Of a stretch of 39,147 bases of DNA, positions 33,487 through 39,147 are shown one piece after another. The notes beneath the pieces were generated by a model. It was given only the letters and a program-made list of their open reading frames with translations. It had not been told where the DNA came from and searched no databases. Origin of the DNA: Minisyncoccota bacterium (GTDB lineage Bacteria > Patescibacteriota > Minisyncoccia > Phycocordibacterales > SW-6-46-9); contig JBBDRP010000002.1 of assembly GCA_040905385.1 (NCBI GenBank), positions 745,010 through 784,156 on the forward strand, in the 5' to 3' direction. Each line of letters begins with the position of its first letter. The first letter of the stretch is position 1. The position numbers and the translations under genes are program-made.

Positions 33487-34812
33487 TTACGTACCAGACC
33501 GAGAAGCCAGTACACGCAATGTCCAGAGACCAATCTTGATATCAAGTAGTAATGATCGGTTTTTTATGTAGTAGAGATCATAAGAAAGTTTTTCTTTGGT
33601 CTCATTTATATGAACAGCAAACTTCGGTGGATTATCGTGACGAAGCTGTGCCCAACCAGACAGTCCTGGTTTTATCAGATGGCGTGCGTGGTAATACGGA
33701 ATACTTTCTTGATACGATCCAACCAAAGACGGGAGTTCTGGACGTGGACCGATCAAGGATAATTTTCCTTCTAAAACATTCCAGAGTTGTGGAAGTTCAT
33801 CTATCCTAGTCTTACGCAGAAAGCGCCCCACCCGCGTGACGTGCTTGCTAATCATGTCAGTAGACATGGAGCGAAATTTTACAATTCGTATCACTTCTCC
33901 AAAACGGCCAACACGTTTCTGATGATAAAAAATCGGTCCTTGATCTTCAAGCCAGATTGCAAGTGCAATAAACGGGTACAGCGGCAGTGTTAAAAGAAAA
34001 AGCAGTCCTCCAACAGTAATATCCATGGATCGCTTCAACGTATCGTACGCAATGTGTGGTGTCCGACGAATGTGTTCAATAAACCACTCGTGCTCAAGCC
34101 GGTGTAGCGGAATTCGTTCAAATATAGTTTCGTATAATGCATCAAGGGTTACAAAGTAAACATCTGCATACAAAAAATTATACAACTTGGATAGACCTCT
34201 TTGAACAACTTGATTTTGTGTATCCAGGATAACTAACGAAGCCTCGTCCTCCTCAATGACCTCATGAGTAGCTTGATAGAGATCATCAACATCATAATCA
34301 TCCGGATATATGTGTGTAGATATCTGTAATCCGTGCTCTCGATTATTGATACGCTCTCTGACCTGCTCAGCTGTGGATCCAGAGGCGACAAGAACTGCCT
34401 GAACCGAGTCACGCATTGCAAATAATGTGCCAGCCCAACGCCGCCACAACGTTATTAATCCGAATGACACCAAAAGGTAGATAAAGAGATTGGTTTTGGG
34501 AGCAATAGCAAAAAATGGAATGGAGTAGAAAAATATTACAGCAATCAAACTGTTAACAGCTTGCGTCTTCAGGATGCGCTGCCAGAGTGATTCTGGAAAC
34601 AACAGAATCTGACGATCGTACAGTCCAGCTACAAAGAAGATAAAAAGCCAGGCAATAAATAATACGGAGAATGCAGCAAAGTGAACTCCAAGTAAGGAAG
34701 CTGAGGGTAGGCCACCATAACGAATAACCAGCGTCAGAAATAACGAAACATAAAGCAGTAAAATGTCACCGAATAAGAGCAGGAGGTGTGAAATGTTGCT
34801 GTGTGTAGACAT
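33487..34812 (-). CDS. Polyprenyl-phosphate sugar-1-phosphate transferase (bacterial sugar transferase family, WbaP/EpsL-like)
   Basis: N-terminal TM bundle. The C-terminal catalytic domain reads [19 protein letters not shown]...[23 protein letters not shown]...[24 protein letters not shown]...GLSGWAQ. Confidence 0.88.
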   Translation of the reverse strand: MSTHSNISHLLLLFGDILLLYVSLFLTLVIRYGGLPSASLLGVHFAAFSVLFIAWLFIFFVAGLYDRQILLFPESLWQRILKTQAVNSLIAVIFFYSIPFFAIAPKTNLFIYLLVSFGLITLWRRWAGTLFAMRDSVQAVLVASGSTAEQVRERINNREHGLQISTHIYPDDYDVDDLYQATHEVIEEDEASLVILDTQNQVVQRGLSKLYNFLYADVYFVTLDALYETIFERIPLHRLEHEWFIEHIRRTPHIAYDTLKRSMDITVGGLLFLLTLPLYPFIALAIWLEDQGPIFYHQKRVGRFGEVIRIVKFRSMSTDMISKHVTRVGRFLRKTRIDELPQLWNVLEGKLSLIGPRPELPSLVGSYQESIPYYHARHLIKPGLSGWAQLRHDNPPKFAVHINETKEKLSYDLYYIKNRSLLLDIKIGLWTLRVLASRSGT

Positions 34813-34857
34813 GATTTATTGTGTTTTAACTATACCATAATTATTGACTATTTCAGA

Positions 34858-35979
34858 TTACACATCACGAAACAAGAAGCTCAACTCGGCTCGTCGTCGG
34901 TACTGCTGCATACCATTAAGAATTCCGATAGATAGGAATTCTATTAGAAGATGACTTCCTCCGTACGACATAAAAGGTAGTGTAGTACCTGTTACTGGTA
35001 GCAGTCCAAGATTAATACCAGTGTGAATCACAAAGTGGGTGAGCAGAAAAATAAATACACCGGCACCAAACAAACGTTCAAACTGAGTCTCTCCTGCCAA
35101 TGCCATGTTTGCTATTCGCCAAAAGATGATTCCAAATAGACTGATTAAAATCAAAACACCAACAAACCCCCATTCTTCAGCGAAAGCAGCAAAGATAAAG
35201 TCGGTCTCGTACTCGGGGAGAAACTCCAGACGCGACTGCGTTCCGTACCCCACTCCTTTACCAAACATCTCTCCGGAACCGACTGCCACCATTGCCTGAC
35301 GGGCATTGTAACCAGCTCCCTGTAGGTCAGCCACTGGATTGATAAAGCTCGTGACTCTCTCCTTTTGTACATCAGTTAACCCGACCGTCCACAGAAGCAT
35401 GAAAGCAATGCTAGCTATAAACAAAATAATCCCAATATGACGTAAGGAAATACCGGCTACCAAAATGATACCGAACCAAATCGCCACGATAATAATTGCA
35501 GACCCGAAGTCAGGCTGGATAAATACTAAACCAACCACTAGTAGTGTATAAATACCAGAAACAATAATATGTCGAAAGTTGTGAATCAGGGCGTGGCGAC
35601 GGTCAAAATACTTAGCCAGTACGATAATAATCGCTAACTTGGCCGGCTCGGCCGGCTGAACTCGAAATGAACCCAGGTCAAACCAACTTTGAGCACCACC
35701 AGCAATAACTCCGGTTAATACCACTAGAATTAGGGATAGAATTATCAGTAAAAAAATTGTTATCACCACCGCCTGACGCCGCAGAAATCGATAGGAACCC
35801 AGAGCGGCTATAAAAAATACTGCCAATGATATACATATCCAGAGTATTTGCTGCGTATAAAAATCAGTACCACCAGTAAAAGAGCGCATTGTCACCAGTC
35901 CACCAATCATGATCGGAATAATGGCTGAAAGCAGTATCCAGTCTATATGTTGTAGACGATTGCGGATTTGGGAGATCAC
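34858..35979 (-). CDS. SEDS-family peptidoglycan polymerase (FtsW/RodA)
   Basis: About 10 TM helices, with QPAEPAKLAIIIVLA, DFGSAIII, TDFIFAAFAEEWGFVG and LPFMSYGGS. Confidence 0.9.
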   Translation of the reverse strand: MISQIRNRLQHIDWILLSAIIPIMIGGLVTMRSFTGGTDFYTQQILWICISLAVFFIAALGSYRFLRRQAVVITIFLLIILSLILVVLTGVIAGGAQSWFDLGSFRVQPAEPAKLAIIIVLAKYFDRRHALIHNFRHIIVSGIYTLLVVGLVFIQPDFGSAIIIVAIWFGIILVAGISLRHIGIILFIASIAFMLLWTVGLTDVQKERVTSFINPVADLQGAGYNARQAMVAVGSGEMFGKGVGYGTQSRLEFLPEYETDFIFAAFAEEWGFVGVLILISLFGIIFWRIANMALAGETQFERLFGAGVFIFLLTHFVIHTGINLGLLPVTGTTLPFMSYGGSHLLIEFLSIGILNGMQQYRRRAELSFLFRDV

Positions 35980-35991
35980 GATACATAATAA

Positions 35992-36762
35992 TTACTGGCC
36001 AAGCTCATATGAAACTGGAACGATTTCTATCTGATAAGACACACCATCTTCTTCTGAAAATGGCTCTCGCCAGGTAAAGATAACCGATTCAGATTCTTGT
36101 ATACCCAGATCACTAACTGTTGTTTGCGAGACATGAACAGCATCACCATTCGTATCAAAGATAAATGCTGTTAATACTATATTTCTGACCGGTTGCGTAT
36201 TACTATTGAGAATATCCAAGGAAAGACGAGGATTATCGGTTAAATCAAAATCTCTGTTACGAATTTCGAAACGTAACGTTTCAAAATTGGGTTCTTCCCA
36301 GAAAGGATTCTCAGTAAACTCGAATTCAGTTCGACCAACTTCTCTGTCACGGGTATTAATTCCAGCCGCGAAAGCTGCGGTTATTGGCTGTGAAAGAATA
36401 TCCATCTCACCGCGACGCTCAGTTATTAGGATGTTGTTGGTGTCATAAATTTGAAATCGATACGGCACATCATAAGCCACAAGATCAGTATTAGGATTCT
36501 CAATGTAAGCAACTGCATTGTAAATACTGTCCGATACCTGAAAAGATCGATCCCATACAATATCAACCTCTGGAAGCGGTGCTTGACAGATGCCTCCACA
36601 GACATCACCACAATCAACGCCAACCTCTCCTTGATTCTGAATGCCATCAGAGCACGTCGGATCCGGGAAAAAAATTACCGAGTAAATAATTCCAGCGATA
36701 ATCACGAGTGGAGAGATCGCAATCATGGTATAGATTAATTTTCGTTTAGTTCGCCAACGCAT
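35992..36762 (-). CDS. Membrane-anchored hypothetical protein with a Cys-rich N-proximal motif
   Basis: 256 aa with one TM helix, then CSDGIQNQGEVGVDCGDVCGGIC and a beta-rich domain. No family recognised. Confidence 0.55.
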   Translation of the reverse strand: MRWRTKRKLIYTMIAISPLVIIAGIIYSVIFFPDPTCSDGIQNQGEVGVDCGDVCGGICQAPLPEVDIVWDRSFQVSDSIYNAVAYIENPNTDLVAYDVPYRFQIYDTNNILITERRGEMDILSQPITAAFAAGINTRDREVGRTEFEFTENPFWEEPNFETLRFEIRNRDFDLTDNPRLSLDILNSNTQPVRNIVLTAFIFDTNGDAVHVSQTTVSDLGIQESESVIFTWREPFSEEDGVSYQIEIVPVSYELGQ

Positions 36763-37051
36763 TACGTTTAGTATAGCTTATTTGTATTTCTTTTTCAGTA
36801 AAGCAGTTTAGTGTAACCGAACAATATGCTAATATACTTTTATATGAAAGTATATTTAGACGATGTCAACCTCATACAAAGACCGTCATCCGAATTACAA
36901 AAAATGTACCTTCGTGGAGCTCTTCAGAAAACAAGGTTTTAATGATGAGCCGTCAATAGAATAGCTATTGCAGTCCGTTTATTTAGTCTGTTTTTTGGAG
37001 TTTTAGATCCAAGTAGATGAAATCAGTACATATCATCTTTAAAAAAATACC

Positions 37052-37606
37052 GTGCACACAAGAAAATATATTAAAATTGGAACAGGGTTCACGCTGATTG
37101 AACTATTGGTTGTAATAGCAATCATAGGGCTCATATCATCTGTAGTACTTGCTACTGTTTCCACTGCTCGGGATCAAGCACGCATTACAGGTATGGCAGA
37201 GACACTACGACAAACTGATCTTGCATTTACATTATGGATGCAACGAACCAGACGTCAACAATGGCCGTCTGCAACTGAGTTCGAGGGTGAAAGTAGTGGA
37301 AGTATCTCTATAGAAGATTTAATTGACGAAACTACACTTGGCAAGTACCTTTCGGCAATTCCACAACATCCAACTGGTGATCAGGAGTATCGCTACCACC
37401 AATATGGTGACTTTACCTGTAAGGAAAACATGACAAGTAGTGATATTGCTAGTGGAGTACATGTAAAAGTATACAACTTTCCACTTGATGATGCTAAAAA
37501 AATATCTAAATTAGTAGATGGTGATGAGAATCTTCAGTGCGGTCGTGTAAGACGAGACGGAGCTGGAAGATTCTACTACCAACTGTCAAATACCGTCGGA
37601 TTTTAG
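37052..37606 (+). CDS. Type IV pilin / pseudopilin (prepilin-type N-terminal methylation motif)
   Basis: Leader ...KIGTG followed by FTLIELLVVIAIIGLISSVVLATV (G|FTLIE class III signal). GTG start as given in the ORF track. Confidence 0.85.
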   Translation: MHTRKYIKIGTGFTLIELLVVIAIIGLISSVVLATVSTARDQARITGMAETLRQTDLAFTLWMQRTRRQQWPSATEFEGESSGSISIEDLIDETTLGKYLSAIPQHPTGDQEYRYHQYGDFTCKENMTSSDIASGVHVKVYNFPLDDAKKISKLVDGDENLQCGRVRRDGAGRFYYQLSNTVGF

Positions 37607-37610
37607 ATAT

Positions 37611-37634
37611 AAAAAAACTCCCTTTCGGGAGCTT
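37611..37634 (-). terminator. Rho-independent terminator of the rRNA operon
   Basis: Minus strand reads CTCCC-gaaa-GGGAG followed by TTTTTTT, immediately downstream of 5S. Confidence 0.75.
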
Positions 37635-37646
37635 TAGTGTTGAAGA

Positions 37647-37764
37647 CTTAGTTCTGGCGACGGCCTACTCTCGCCCTAAGGACTACCATCGGCGCTGGGA
37701 GACTTAACTTCTGAGTTCGGCATGGGATCAGGTGTGACCCTCCCGCCAAGTCACCAGAACAAAG
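37647..37764 (-). rRNA. rrf: 5S rRNA
   Basis: The reverse complement reads GTTCTGGTGAC...CCTGATCCCATGCCGAACTCAGAAGTTAAG...GCCGATGGTAG...GAGAGTAGG..GTCGCCAGAAC. It is flanked by a GTTGAAG/CTTCAAC processing stem. Ends are approximate. Confidence 0.93.
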
Positions 37765-37937
37765 CCTTCAACCTCCTCATCGCACCTGAAGGCATGTACC
37801 GAGAAAATCAGTCCGAAGACTGATGGTAAGGGCACGCAGCCGAAGCTACAGTCTCCTTACCCTCAGCACACGCCTTCAAGCGCGATGTGTTCAAACCAGC
37901 AGAATTATAAATTTATTATTTGTGATCCACACAGTTC

Positions 37938-39147
<1,210 letters not shown>

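Overview
This is a dense, mostly minus-strand housekeeping segment. It looks like a small-genome CPR/Patescibacteria (Saccharibacteria-like) bacterium, judging from the compact operons, a type IV pilin, an intron-interrupted 23S rRNA and truncated ribosomal-protein operons.

Recognisable genes, in order: ftsK, recA, rpsF-ssb-rpsR, tatD, metG, an AI-2E transporter, recO, ileS, argS, a thymidylate module (CYTH-dcd-thyA-glyA with divergent folA), two HD-domain paralogues, rplK, nusG, secE, secF, secD, a sugar-phosphate transferase, a SEDS protein, a pilin, 5S rRNA and the 3' part of 23S rRNA.

No canonical defence island, CRISPR array, transposase or prophage is visible. The observations most worth following up are:
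1. ileS carries a complete histidine-phosphatase (PGAM-like) domain inserted in frame.
2. A ~100-nt structured repeat family occurs at two distant intergenic loci. Its stems differ in sequence but stay complementary. One copy sits in a ~1.1-kb ORF-free, hairpin-dense region.
3. Perfect 41-bp direct repeats bracket a four-helix-bundle/HTH gene.
4. A ~34-40-nt hairpin-containing repeat is embedded in frame twice in ftsK and once in recA.
5. An exact 8-nt-period CCUAR leader abuts the rpsR start codon.
6. rplK is flanked by short copies of its own first and last codons that differ only at synonymous positions.
7. An active/degenerate HD-domain gene pair lies beside the dTMP genes.

All calls come from reading the sequence and from remembered family motifs. 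No searches were run, and composition statements are by eye.
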